Shown here one piece after another: positions 31,686 through 46,000 of a stretch of 64,000 nt of DNA (within the stretch, counting starts at the first letter, position 1; every line of letters begins with the position of its first letter). Made by a program: the position numbers and the translations under genes. The stretch lies in the NCBI RefSeq assembly GCF_009914755.1, contig NC_060927.1; one strand, given 5' to 3'. Source of the DNA: the human T2T-CHM13v2.0 reference genome, Homo sapiens. The notes beneath the pieces were generated by a model that was not told the DNA's origin, searched no databases, and saw only the letters and a program-made list of their open reading frames with translations.

Positions 31686-32648
31686 AGAAAGTGGAAAGCA
31701 ATATACTGTACTTGCAGGAAGTAGAAACCAATATACTGTACTTGCAGGAAGTAGAAAGCGATGCACTGTACCTGCAGGAAGTAGAAAGCGATGCACTGTA
31801 CCTGCAGGAAGTAGAAAGCGATACACTGTACCTGCAGGAGGTAGAAAGCGATGCACTGTACCTGCAGGAGGTAGAAAGCCATGCACTGTACCTGCAGGAA
31901 GTAGAAAGCGGTGCACTGTACCTGCAGGAAGTAGAAAGCGGTGCACTGTACCTGCAGGAAGTAGAAAGCGGTGCACTGTACCTGCAGGAGGTAGAAAGCC
32001 GTGCACTGTACCTGCAGGAGGTAGAAAGCGGTGCACTGTACCTGCAGGAAGTAGAAAGCGGTGCACTGTACCTGCAGGAGGTAGAAAGCCGTGCACTGTA
32101 CCTGCAGGAGGTAGAAAGCGATGCACTGTACCTGCAGGAGGTAGAAAGCGATGCACTGTACCTGCAGGAAGTAGAAAGCGATACACTGTACCTGCAGGAG
32201 GTAGAAAGCCATGCAGTGTACCTGCAGGAGGTAGAAAGCCATGCAGTGTACCTGCAGGAGGTAGAAAGCGATGCACTGTACCTGCAGGAGGTAGAAAGCG
32301 ATGCACTGTACCTGCAGGAGGTAGAAAGCGATGCACTGTACCTGCAGGAGGTAGAAAGCGATGCACTGTACCTGCAGGAGGTAGAAAGCGATGCACTGTA
32401 CCTGCAGGAGGTAGAAAGCGATACACTGTACCTGCAGGAGGTAGAAAGCCATGCAGTGTACCTGCAGGAGGTAGAAAGCCATGCACTGTACCTGCAGGAG
32501 GTAGAAAGCGATGCACTGTACCCGCAGGAGGTAGAAAGCGATGCACTGTACCCGCAGGAGGTAGAAAGCCATGCACTGTACCTGCAGGAGGTAGAAAGCG
32601 ATGCACTGTACCTGCAGGAGGTAGAAAGCCATGCACTGCACTTGCAGG
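31686..32648. repeat. Minisatellite, 30 bp unit x about 32 (gcactgtacctgcaggaggtagaaagcgat)
   Basis: Direct tandem copies; explains the repetitive ORFs 31634-32728, 31671-32687 and 31679-32641. Confidence 0.97.
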
Positions 32649-32728
32649 GAAACTGTGATGAGGCAGAGCCGGATGTTCTCCTAGCACTGCCAGTTGCCTT
32701 TCTGTCTTACATATTAATATTTTTATAG

Positions 32729-32847
32729 GTCATGCTTCACCCCTTCCTCCATCTGCTGCACCTACCACTGATTCTACAGATTCCATAACAGGACAGAATT
32801 CAAGACAGAGAGAAGAAGAGCTGGAATTAATAGACCAACTGCGTAAA
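32729..32847 (+). CDS. LRCH3: LRCH3 coding exon (G-HASPLPPSAAPTTDSTDSITGQNSRQREEELELIDQLRK), start of CH domain
   Basis: tttttatag acceptor; AAA|gtatgt donor; 119 nt, phase 1->0. Confidence 0.9.
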
Positions 32848-32955
32848 GTATGTACATTACCTTTGATTTACACTTTTTCAGTATTACTGCTATAGATCAT
32901 AATCCTGTGATCACGTCTTCATTTGACACATCATTTTTATTTATTTTTTTTTTAG

Positions 32956-33171
<216 letters not shown>

Positions 33172-33196
33172 TGATCCACTGGCCTCGACCTCCCAC

Positions 33197-33361
33197 AGTG
33201 CTGGGATGGCAGGCGTGAGCTTCCGCGCCCGGCTGTAATTTTTAACAGATTAGTGCTGGGATTGCAGGCGTGAGCTTCCGCGCCCGGCTGTAATTTTTAA
33301 CAGATTAGTGCTGGGATGGCAGGCGTGAGCTTCCGCGCCCGGCTGTAATTTTTAACAGATT
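33197..33361. repeat. 55-bp x3 tandem repeat of an Alu 5' end plus flank
   Basis: Units start at 33197, 33252 and 33307. Confidence 0.93.
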
Positions 33362-33893
33362 AAATGAGTGCCCATTGTGTGCCATGTTTTGTGATGAATG
33401 TAAACATTTTGCTATTAAGGAAATTCTTTTCAGCTATTTACTTAGAAAATGAGATAGATGGCTTATTCTATAAAGCTCAATTCCTAGCTCTACTCATTTA
33501 AATTTTTTCCTTTTTTCTACTTCCTGTTATAAAGAAATATTGTCAGTAATAATTTATATGTGTGTGCACACATATATAAATATCACACTTACACATATAT
33601 AGTGAGTGATTGCCTCTTTATTTTATGTTGGAATTGAAGGAGAATCTAGGTTTTTTTTTTTAATCAGAAAGTTGTAAATGAATTTTTGTTGTACTTTGTA
33701 CCACTATGCCCTGGCTGCCGTCCATATATATTAGATCTCCTTAAGTTAAACTTAGGATAGAGGGATAAAATGGATATTGTGGTACTTATTTCCTTTTTAT
33801 CTTGATTTTTAATTAGATTTCATTATAACTCCCTTATGTCCTATATGTCAGTCTTTCTTCAATTAATCTATTACATGTTTTTTGTTCTTTCAG

Positions 33894-34031
33894 CATATTG
33901 AGTACCGGTTGAAAGTGTCTCTACCTTGTGATCTCGGAGCAGCTCTAACTGACGGTGTTGTTCTTTGCCATTTGGCCAATCATGTGCGACCTCGATCTGT
34001 CCCAAGCATTCATGTTCCCTCACCAGCTGTA
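33894..34031 (+). CDS. LRCH3: LRCH3 CH-domain exon (HIEYRLKVSLPCDLGAALTDGVVLCHLANHVRPRSVPSIHVPSPAV)
   Basis: tttcag acceptor; GTA|gtaagt donor; 138 nt; the L-x-DGVVLCHLAN motif is characteristic of LRCH-family CH domains. Confidence 0.95.
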
Positions 34032-35292
34032 GTAAGTTGATAATCCTAAAAAGCCTTGGCTATTCATCAGACATTTGTTAAGCACAGTGGACAGACATTT
34101 CTTAAGCATTGTGCTAGATATTAAGGATACAGATATAAAGAGTCCAGTCTCTACCTTCCTGGTCTCACTTCTACTCGAGAAGAAATAGACATGTATACAG
34201 CTACTTACAGCAGTGCGATAAATGTAAGAAAGGCATGTACAGTGTGTGTTATAGGGATATAAAAAGGGGCCACTTAACTCCACCTGGAGAGTTCAGGGAA
34301 GCCTTCCCAGAACGGGCAAAATTTGAACTAATTCTTGAAGTTTAAGAAGGAATTTTCCAGCAGTACAGAGAGGGGAGGGGGCCTTCCAGGCATAGGATTT
34401 CTAGATTCAGAAGCTAAGGAAAGTTTGGCTTTTACTTAAGGAATTGGTAAATTGTTCAGAATGGATCGTGCACAGGGTTGTAATACAAATGGTAAGGGGT
34501 AAGGCTAGAGACGTGAGCTGGGGCCGTGGTACAAAGGCCTTATGAACCGTGTGAAGGACGTTTACCCTAGTACAGACAATGAGGATACACTGAATTAAAG
34601 AGGGAATACCATGATTCTAACTGCAGTTTAGAATGACGAATCTAGGCTGGGCGCGGTGGCTCATGCTTATAATCTTTGCAATTTGGGAGGCCGAGGCAGA
34701 CGATTGCTTGAGCCCAGGAGTTTGAGACCAGCCAGGACAATATGGCAAAACCCCGTCTCTACCAAAAATACAAAAATCAGCTGGGTATGGTGGCATGTGC
34801 CTATAGTCCCAGCTACTCAGGAGGCTGATGTGGGAGGATCACTTGAGCCCAGGAGTTCGAGGCTGCAGTGAGCCGTGATTGTGCCAGTGCACTCCAGCCT
34901 AGGTGAGAGAGCAAGACCCTGTCTCAAAGAAAAAAAAAAAAAAAAAAAGGAATGATGAATCTAGGTGCTAAGTGAGAAATGGAAAAATTAAAGGTGGTAC
35001 ACTACAAAGATGCCCAAGCCAGGCTCAGTGGCTTGTGCCTGTAGTCCCAGCTACTTGGGAGCCTGAGGCATGAGGATCCTATGAGCCCAGGAGTTTGAGA
35101 CCAGCTTGGGTGATCTTGTTTCTTAAAAGAAAAAGGAAAAGAGACTGGGTGCACTGGCTTACGCCTATAATCCCAGCGTTTTGGGAGCCCGAGGCTGGTG
35201 GATCACCTGAGGTCAGGAGTTCGAGACCAGCCTGGCCAACATGGTGAAACCCCAACTCTACTAAAAATACAAAATTAGCCAGGAGTGGTTCA

Positions 35293-35583
<291 letters not shown>

Positions 35584-36371
35584 TCAGGTGGAAGATGAGG
35601 GAGAAAATGCATTCAGGATAACTGGCAGGTTCTCTTTGCACTGCTGGTCAGGTCTGGGCATCAGTTTCAGGATGGCAGTCCACAAAAGAACAGGCTTTGG
35701 GTTGACACACCCCTCCTCTGTTTTCCTCACATTTTTATCATGAAAAATTTCAACCTTCAGAAAAGTGGAAAGAATCCTACAACGAACACTATTAAAGTCT
35801 GCACCTAGATCTGACGTTTCTTGCATTTTGCCGCACTTGCTTTATGTATCTATATTTGTATGTGTATTTTAACTACACCATCCAAAACTTACAGATGTAA
35901 TATACTTTTCCCCCAGTGTGTTTCAGGGACCTGTCCTAGGCCACCTTGCTCTTCCCTTAAGCCCATAGCCAGTGACGGACAAGCATGGGGCTGAGCCCTC
36001 CTACCTCAAGGAGGGAGTGTCGTGTGGTTCACACTTGTGAGCTCCCTGTGGGATCAAGCTGAAGCTGAGAAGGAGACAAGCAGGAGGATCACCTGTGGCT
36101 GGGAGTTTAAGACCAGCCTGGGCAATATAGTGAGATCCCATCTCTACAAAAATACTTAAAAAAATTAGGCGTGCACCTGCTACTCAGGAAGCTGTGGCGG
36201 GAGGATCACTTGGGCCCAGGAGTTTGAGGCTGCAGTGAGCCACGATCATGCCACTGCACAACAACCTGGGCAACAGAGCGAGACCCTGACCCTAAAAAAG
36301 AAAGAAAGGGCCAGGCACAGTGGCTCTTGCCTGTAATCCCAGCACTTTGGGAGGCCCAGGTGGGCAGATCA

Positions 36372-36668
<297 letters not shown>

Positions 36669-36706
36669 TTAATTTTTTTGGCTGTTCCTCCAAGTTTTCT
36701 TTAGTG

Positions 36707-37245
36707 CAGGGGTCCCCAACCCCTGGGCCACAAATGGGTACCAGTCTGTGGCCTGTTAGGAACTGGGCTGCACAGCAGGAGGTGAACAGGCCAGTGAGCA
36801 AAGCTTCATCTGTATTTACAGCCACTCCCCATTACTCACATCACCACCCGAGCTCTGCCTCCTGTCAGATCAGCAACAGTATTAGATCCTCAGAGGAGCA
36901 TGAACGCTGGTGTGAACTGCGCATGCGAGGAAGGGATCTAGGCCACGGGCTCCTTATGAGAATCTAATGCCTGATGATCTGTCAGTGTCTCCCATCATCC
37001 CCAGATGGGACTGTCTAGTTGCAGGTAAACAAGCTCAGGGCTCCCACTGACTCTACATTACGGTAGATTTCATTATGTATGATTATTTCATTATATATTA
37101 CAATGTAATAATAGAAATAAAATACACAATAAATGTAATGTGCCTGAATCAGCCTGAAACCATCCCCCCCAGCTCCAGCCCTGTCCATGGAAAAATTGTC
37201 TTCTGTGAAACCAGTCCCTGGTGCCAAAAAGGTTGAGGACTGCTG
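36707..37245 (+). mobile_element. MER1 (MER1A-size) hAT-Charlie DNA transposon
   Basis: CAGGGGTCCCCAACC start and GGTTGAGGACTGCTG end; 8-bp TSD ctttagtg/ccttagtg. Confidence 0.88.
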
Positions 37246-37351
37246 CCTTAGTGTTACACTGTTTTAAAATGGAAAAAAAAAGTTTGTAACTATTCGTTCA
37301 AAGTTTTTCTATTTAGTACTTGCCTTCCAAAATCAAAGCCAATGTCTCAAG

Positions 37352-37872
37352 TGTGGGGTGACAAAGTACTGCCCACAGGCCAGCACTTCTTCTTGTAAAT
37401 CAAGTTTCACTGGAACCCAGTCACACTTTCTTGTTTGCATATTGTCTATAGTTGCTTTCAAGCTCCTGGCAGACTCGAGTGGTTGCAACAGTTCTTTTTT
37501 TTTTTTTGAAATGGAGCTTTGTTCTTGTTGCCCAGGCAGGAGTGCAATGGTGCGATCTCAGCTCCCCACAACCTCTGCCTCCCGGGTTCCCGGGTTCAAG
37601 TGATTCTCGTGCCTCAGCCTCCCGAGTAGCTGGGATTACAGGTGCCCGCCACCACACCTGGCTAATTTTTGTATTATTAGTAGAGACGGGGTTTCTCCAT
37701 GTTCGTCAGGCTGGTCTCGAACTCCCGACCTGAGGTGATCCGCCCACCTCAGCCTCCCAAAGTGCTGGGATTATGGCGTGAGCCACCGCACCTGGCATTG
37801 CAACAGTTCTTATGGCCCTCAGAACTAACATTTATTATCTGATCCTTTAAAAAAAAGTTCGCTGACCCCCTA
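37352..37872. mobile_element. MER58-like MITE interrupted by an antisense Alu (about 37495-37796, TSD ttgcaacagttctt)
   Basis: GGGGTGACAAA...GCTGACCCCC ends; Alu flanked by a direct repeat. Confidence 0.65.
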
Positions 37873-38022
37873 GTCTACAGCATTGAGAGTTATGAAGCGA
37901 TTGCCAGGAGTATTTCTAAAGTTAGCAAATATTTTTTAATGTTGCTAGTAGGCTGGGCATTTAGCTGATGCCTCTGATCCCAGCACTTTGGGAGGCTGAG
38001 GCAGGCAGATTGCTTGAACTCA

Positions 38023-38256
<234 letters not shown>

Positions 38257-38265
38257 TCATTTCAG

Positions 38266-38343
38266 CCTAAATTAACAATGGCGAAATGCAGGCGAAATGT
38301 GGAAAATTTCCTAGAAGCTTGCAGAAAAATTGGTGTACCTCAG
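38266..38343 (+). CDS. LRCH3: LRCH3 CH-domain exon (PKLTMAKCRRNVENFLEACRKIGVPQ)
   Basis: tttcag acceptor; CAG|gtaata donor; 78 nt; NVENFLEAC-x-x-GV CH motif. Confidence 0.95.
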
Positions 38344-39368
38344 GTAATAAATTTATCATTTTTTATGTTGCCTAAATAGACTTGGTTGTCCTAAAATTTT
38401 AGAAATGTAAATCTCTAAAATCTTACAGGACTAGCTCTGAGCTAAGTCGATCATAATTAACATGACTTTGTGTTACAAGAGTCAGTGTACTTTTGAACAG
38501 TTTTCCTTGATTATTTCCAAGGACCACACAAAGAAATTATAAATATATAGATTGAAATAAGTATAAGTAATTTGAAATAATTATTCTATTTTCCTAAACT
38601 TTCCCACTTGCTATTTGACAACTAAATATATCCTTCAAAAACTAAGTATATCTCAGATTGAGAATGCTGCAGTTGGCTTCAGTGTTCTAACACTTGCTTT
38701 GATACTTTTTAAAATGTTTTAGACTTCCAGAAATGTTGAAAAAATAGCCTAGAGTTCCTTTTGTATACTTCAGTCAATTTCTTCTAATGTTAACTAACGT
38801 CTAATACAAACATAGGACAGTAATTCAAACTAAGTAACATGAGAACAATACGATTAACTGAATTACAGGCTTTATTTGGATTTCATCAGTTTTTCCATGA
38901 AGCTCTGGTTCTTTGGAGTCTGGCATGCAACAGGCCATTTCTAAGCTGTTGTCCTGCTATGAGGATTTATTGCCTCCAGCTCAGTTATAACTTTATTGCC
39001 CTTTAATATTACAAATAGTTAAATTTATTTATAGATGCGATTAAGGGAAATGAACTTGATACAGTCTTATCCAATAACCCCTTTAAAAAGCAATTATATT
39101 AAACCAACTAAGTATTATACTATTAAGGAATATTATGTGGTATAAAGACAAATTTAAAGAAATAAATGACTTGGTGCCATGTGATACTTTTTCATTAACC
39201 ACGACCATTACAAGTCTTGTTAACATATTTTGTCTATAGCCTGCAAGGAGGAAAACATGATTCTTCTCTATCACCTTCTAATTAGGTATCAGTAACTCAG
39301 GGGTGGCCCTGGGGCTCATCAACAGCTCCACCATTGCTCTCAGAGTTTGGTTCCTGTTCCTGTAGCTT

Positions 39369-40053
39369 CCATGACAGTGATTCTCTTTACCCAACTCACC
39401 GCACCCATGGCAGTGATTCTCTTTACCCAACTCACCGCACCCATGACAGTGATTCTCTTTACCCAACTCACCGCACCCATGGCAGTGATTCTCTTTACCC
39501 AACTCACCGCACCCATGGCAGTGATTCTCTTTACCCAACTCACCACACCCATGGCAGTGATTCTCTTTACCCAACTCACCGCACCCATGGCAGTGATTCT
39601 CTTTACCCAACTCACCGCACCCATGGCAGTGATTCTCTTTACCCAACTCACCGCACCCATGGCAGTGATTCTCTTTACCCAACTCACCGCACCCATGGCA
39701 GTGATTCTCTTTACCCAACTCACCGCACCCATGGCAGTGATTCTCTTTACCCAGTTCACCGCACCCATGGCAGTGATTCTCTTTACCCAACTCACCGCAC
39801 CCATGGCAGTGATTCTCTTTACCCAACTCACCGCACCCATGGCAGTGATTCTCTTTACCCAGTTCACCGCACCCATGGCAGTGATTCTCTTTACCCAACT
39901 CACCGCACCCATGGCAGTGATTCTCTTTACCCAACTCACCGCACCCATGGCAGTGATTCTCTTTACCCAACTCACCGCACCCATGGCAGTGATTCTCTTT
40001 ACCCAACTCACCGCACCCATGGCAGTGATTCTCTTTACCCAGTTCACCGCACC
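39369..40053. repeat. Minisatellite, 36 bp unit x19 (ccatggcagtgattctctttacccaactcaccgcac)
   Basis: Near-identical tandem copies; explains four overlapping repetitive ORFs. Confidence 0.97.
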
Positions 40054-41763
40054 TCTTTCTAACTAGCCAGGAGTTGACTAGGCCACAGCATCACATGTTA
40101 CAAAGTGAAAGAGAGAGCGCCCAGCTCCACAGATCATCTGTGTCAGCCAGCAGGATTCCCAGGATTGTTTTTCTCTTATGAAAGTAGATCATCATTCTAT
40201 TATTTATTTTTTACTTTTTTCTTTTGCTGTTTTTTTTTTAACTGAATTATACAAGAATGGAAATTTACATAAAGTGGTAGTTAGCAAACACCTTTTTGAT
40301 TCCTATGGACAAATTGAAAGCAAAATTTTCGTTTTTATATTATGTTGTTTTATAAAGGGTCATCTTTTAGAACAGACCTTTTTAAATATTTTGAGAGCAC
40401 TGAATATGGTTTCTGAAGAAATAACATACATTCTTTTAAACAAGTTTATTCTAATAGTGCACATTAGCCTCCAGTTCTTCCCTTCTGCTTCCTAAAGAGG
40501 TTCTTGCTACACAAACATCCAGTGTCTGCTCTAGTTCCCTGCCACAGTGTCTTTAAACAAAGAGAGTATGGCATGGGTTGGTGCAGAGAATGGGAAATGC
40601 AAAATAGACAGGAGAGTGCTGAAAATGGCCCCACTCAAGCAAGTCATGTTGACTTACCAGATGTCAAAACCTGTTGAAAGGTCTAAGCCTGTCCGCGGGG
40701 CTTTCGGAAGCATCCTCTGAGGGTCTCTGAGATTTAAAGTCCGTACCTTGGAATTATTTCAGGATGTTCCCACCATCAGCCAACAAAGTACAAAACAGTG
40801 TGCCTTAAAATACACATTTAAGTTGGTATTTGCATGCAGTGGTTGACCATGTTTGTTATGGGCCAGCCTGCCCCTGTTCCTACCAGAGCTGTGCTGTTGG
40901 AAGGCAAGTACGAAGAAAAAAAAAATACAGTTTTAAAAGACTGGGTCTTTTTCCAGAGTGGTTAGGCTGAGGTTTTGATGCATCCTCCCTCCTTCTCCGT
41001 CACCAGAAAGAGGAAATGGACGTTCCCATAGGCTGCCCCTTCCTTCTCCCCTTCCACCTCCCACCCACGTCCCCACCACAACCACTGCCAGTTTTACACG
41101 GCTTCCTAGCAAGCTGCTACTTCTGCTGAAAAATTAGTCATCTGTCTAGAACAAAGTGAAAGAAAATGAATAAACGCACAAACTCGTAGGTTCAAACTAG
41201 CCTTCTGAGGTCCCTCTGCCAGAGGAAGAGAAGAAACTTCTACCTCCTCGTCTTCCTTTTTCTCCTGGTCTCCAGGTCATTCTGGCCTTTACTTAAACAT
41301 CCCCACTTTGCTCTGTGTGACTTGAACATTGGGAATGTAATAATGACCACTTTTGAAAATGTAAAACAGAAAACAATATTACAAATATTTTTGTCAGATT
41401 CTATACCCAGGTAAGATAGATAAAGACAAATAATTTCCCTTCTCTGTGTAACTTTTAAAGTGTTGTACAAGTTAAAGTATGAGTGAAATACTGAAGAACA
41501 AGGCAGTTATTAAAAACCTCTGATGACATTGGGCATGTGGGTATTTGCTTTATTTTTATGCTTCTATTCAATATGCTACATTCAAAAAAACTGTAATGGG
41601 TGATTAAAAACTTGTATCTGAGTCCAGTATCTTTTGTCCCAGAGTCGTTATGTTATGTGTTAAAGGATGTCTGTCTCCCTGTTGTCAAGTCCATTCTTGT
41701 ATTTATTTAATGAATTTTGCAATCTGTAAAATGGAGGGTTTGGATGATCTCTGAGGCCCTTAA

Positions 41764-42105
<342 letters not shown>

Positions 42106-42322
42106 AAAACAGACACCCTCTGATTTTTAGAGGAATGCCAAGTCATTGAATGCATTTGGCTTCTGGGTAGTAAATTACCCCCGGATCATGAGGCTTTCCT
42201 CAGTCTTTGAACCTTTTTGATGTACATGGCTTTCTCCAAAAACGTCCGTCTCCTCAGCCTCTGCAGTTTTCGTCCTTGCTTTCTGACCTACTTTTTTTTT
42301 TTTTTTAAATAGAGGAGAATGA

Positions 42323-42704
<382 letters not shown>

Positions 42705-42971
42705 TGTGTATTGTATTCTTAATGTTCAGACCAGTCACCAACAAACGAATTTTATTCTGCTATTTAGTAGTAAGATCAGGCTCAGCATGGAGAAGATTCT
42801 TTGTAGTTTGGGTTTTCAGCGTTTTATTTTTGTTCCTCAATGTAAAAATGTTACAGGATGTGTATATGTGAATATGACTGAGATGATCATATGAATTCTA
42901 TACTCAAATCTGCATTTCTGATCCACTGACTTTGTTTTTCTGTTTTCCTTTCCTGCTTACACTTTGGACAG

Positions 42972-43175
42972 GACAATCTTTGTTCCCCTTCCGACATCCT
43001 TCAGCTAAACCTCAGCGTTAAAAGAACTGTTGAAACGCTCCTTTCTCTTGGGGCACACTCAGAAGAATCCAGTTTTGTCTGTCTCTCTCTGCAGCTTCTG
43101 GGTTTTGTGGCATTTTACTGTACTGTGATGTTAACTCTCTGTGTGCTTTATTACTGGCTCTTCCCCGCTCGCTGA
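42972..43175 (+). CDS. LRCH3: LRCH3 alternative last exon A, 67 aa ending in a hydrophobic transmembrane-like tail (DNLCSPSDILQ...LLGFVAFYCTVMLTLCVLYYWLF-PAR*)
   Basis: Pyrimidine tract 42930-42960 + ggacag acceptor; in frame with exon 38266-38343; completes the CH domain; TGA at 43173-43175. Confidence 0.82.
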   Translation, partial: DNLCSPSDILQLNLSVKRTVETLLSLGAHSEESSFVCLSLQLLGFVAFYCTVMLTLCVLYYWLFPAR

Positions 43176-44869
43176 AAGATTGCACTCCGGTGACTTTCTG
43201 CCTCATTCCTGTGCTTGGTAAAGGAGGTTTGTTTCTCATCCAGAATTATTTACATAAGTGCTTTTTCTCCCTGCTGGCCCTCAAAGAGCTAACCCATAAA
43301 GGAGGTAAATCCTTTCTTTATATTTGCAGATGAGCACCCCCTCACATTAGTAAACATTTACGATTGCTAACAAAGAGTAAAAGACCAGCATTTTTTCTCC
43401 TGGTCATCCGTCCATTCTCCTGGCCTGTGGCCTTGTTTCTCTTACCATAAATGCTGAAGCATTTTTACTAATACAATTCTGAACTTGTACTTCGAATATG
43501 ACATGTAGAGCTTTATTTCCAAGTCACACAATACAACTCCCATCTGGCCATTTTTCCGTGCCTCAGCACAAGTGTTGAATTGTGGAGTGACTGAACCTTT
43601 GCAGCAGCTGCTCACGAGGAGAACCGTCGTGCCTTTTCTGGTTTTGGCCGCACCCGGTTACTTAGATTTCTGCTTTGAACTGTGTCCTGAGATCCTGAAT
43701 CCCCGCTTTGTCGGTAGGCACAGGTCCATATAAGCATTTGCGGTCTGGACGTTTCAAAGGTATTGGCCATAATTTTAATAATTTTAGTTTGGTCAGAATG
43801 TTCAGTTTGAAGATCACCCACATTCCCTAGACTGCTCTTCTGAGCCCAGTCTATACGCTGTATGTGCTGCACACGAGCAGATGGGCTGGAGCTGGCCTCT
43901 CAGGGTGGGCACCTTCCAGATTGTGTTTGTTATGTGTGACTGAGGTTCACTCCCAGCATTCTGTTTAAATTTGGAATTTATGTGATTTCTAACATATTCA
44001 AACCTTCTTAATAGTGAAACAGTAGCAGGAGAAGTATTAGGGCAGCAGTCCCTGTTCTGTGCTCAAGGCAGTGAATATTGTCTAGCTCTTTCAGAATGCG
44101 TAGCACTTAGCTGCTAGACGTTAATGCTGGAAACTATAATTGCGGTTAGATTCTAGTTTCATAAGTGGTGTTTCTGAATATTCAGGAACCTTCTGAACTC
44201 TGTTAACAAAATTGGGATAAAGGATGAACTCAAGTGTGAAGAGAGATTGTGAGGAGCATAATATCCGGTTTAGAATTCAGCCTGAGGGAGGAGCATAACA
44301 TCTGGGTGTAGAATTCAGCCTGAGGGGCTCACTGGTTTGGTTTTCTTCCATATGAAATGGGACAGCTATTTTCACAGGTCAAAAGACTGTTCACTATTAA
44401 TGCTGAAACACTCAACACTGTGATGATGAAAACTTCAGTTTTCTGTGTCAGTAGGTGCCTTTCAGACTTTGGGGAATTGGGTTGGTTATATTTTTAAGAT
44501 GTCTCAGAGTTGAAACACCTGTTAAAAAACACACACAGGCTCTCATGTGGTTTAGGGGTTGTAATTGTACATTCTCTTGAGAACACACGGCACTCCCTCT
44601 AGTCCAGCTGGGAGGTGAGGGTGCCCCAGAAAGCACAGGCTTCTGAGTGTGAACACCGGCCGCGCAGGTCCTAGGGCGCTGCTGAGAGGAAGAGACCAGG
44701 GAATCAGCCTTGGAGAAAGCACGTCTCTTCCGACAGCAAAACACTGGGCAGGTTCATTTTAAGTATCATTTATCTAGACTTGCAGTTGCACTCAAAGTAT
44801 TTCTACAAAGTTGCTAGTTTTTTTAGATCAAAAGATTACAGTTACCTCATTTTATCAAAATAAGTATTA

Positions 44870-44875
44870 AATAAA
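44870..44875 (+). terminator. Candidate poly(A) signal AATAAA (proximal) for the last-exon-A isoform
   Basis: Canonical hexamer about 1.7 kb after stop A, with U-rich sequence downstream. Confidence 0.35.
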
Positions 44876-45807
44876 AAGTAAGCACAAGTACCAATAACTG
44901 CCTCAAAAATACTTGTTATATATTTTATTGTAACTGGTTTTATAAAATTTCCTAGTAATATCGTCTCAATGAAAAGCAAAACAAAAAACAAAAAACAAAA
45001 AAACCCAACTAGTTGTTTTAACAAACATATATAATCTTTTTTTAGTGGCACCAGAATTCTATATTCTGTTCTTTGTAAGAGCAATCTCTTTTCTTTTTGG
45101 AATATTTAATCTTAACAGAAAGCTAGTGATAAATGCTGTTCTTAAGATTTGCCTTTTTCTCTCACAAGAAAGGGTTAACCTAACAAATTAACGATGCACA
45201 CATTAAGGAAGCGTTTAACTTCCTCAAGCAAACAGTGTCAACACTTCTCACATGTTGGTAATCAACATGTTCCTGCCTAAGCTTACATAGTAGTTCCCTG
45301 GAATAATTCAGGCTGTTAAATACCAGGATATTAAATCCTTTACATTTTCAAATACTGCTTTTAATTCTGTAATTCAGATTTTTAATTCAGACAGGCCCTT
45401 CCATGAATTATTCAAATTAGGGGGAAGTTTCTCAAGAGCTCAGGATACACTGAGTTTCTTGCCCTATCTGGTCTGGAAACCCTGGTTTTCACAGTCAGGA
45501 TTATAATGCAGATAGCGTAGAACTCATGCAGGCTGAGTTATGTTTTCAAACTATCTTTCATTCTTGTGGTAGGGAACTTACCCTCAAGTGTAGTATCTTT
45601 TACTCTTGAGCCATCTGGTAGCGTGGAATTGTTTTTCTATTTTTCACCTGCCTATTTTATAGACCTGTATTGACCTTTTATTCATCAGGGATAAAGGATG
45701 TTGCTTTCACCCTGCGGTATTGTTTTCCCTCTGTTGTATGTATAGATATATGCTACTTGTCAATTTTCCAATTTTGAAAATGATCTGTATGTACTTTTAG
45801 TTGTATT

Positions 45808-45813
45808 AATAAA
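45808..45813 (+). terminator. Candidate poly(A) signal AATAAA for the last-exon-A isoform
   Basis: Hexamer preceded by several TGTA (CFIm-type) motifs, about 190 nt upstream of the exon B acceptor. Confidence 0.55.
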
Positions 45814-46000
45814 GTGACAGTGAGTGTCAGACACCATCTCTCTAACTCATATTTACACTGAGGTCAGTTTCCCAGGTACTAATTTTCATATCTAAGTTGA
45901 TGATTGTGAAGGGGAGAAGTGCTTATTTTTTCCTTTCAGTTCTATGATATTCATCCGATTTTCTTTTTTGTTTGTTTTCATGTTACGTTGTCCCTTTCAG

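Noticed and set aside
31634-32728. Long repetitive ORFs (320-364 aa) on both strands
   Set aside because: By-product of a 30-bp (multiple of 3) minisatellite open in several frames; intronic; no promoter or coding evidence.
39278-40066. Four overlapping ORFs of about 240 aa, one Cys/His-rich (GKENHCHGCGEL)n and one collagen/adhesin-like
   Set aside because: Translations of a 36-bp VNTR; not proteins.
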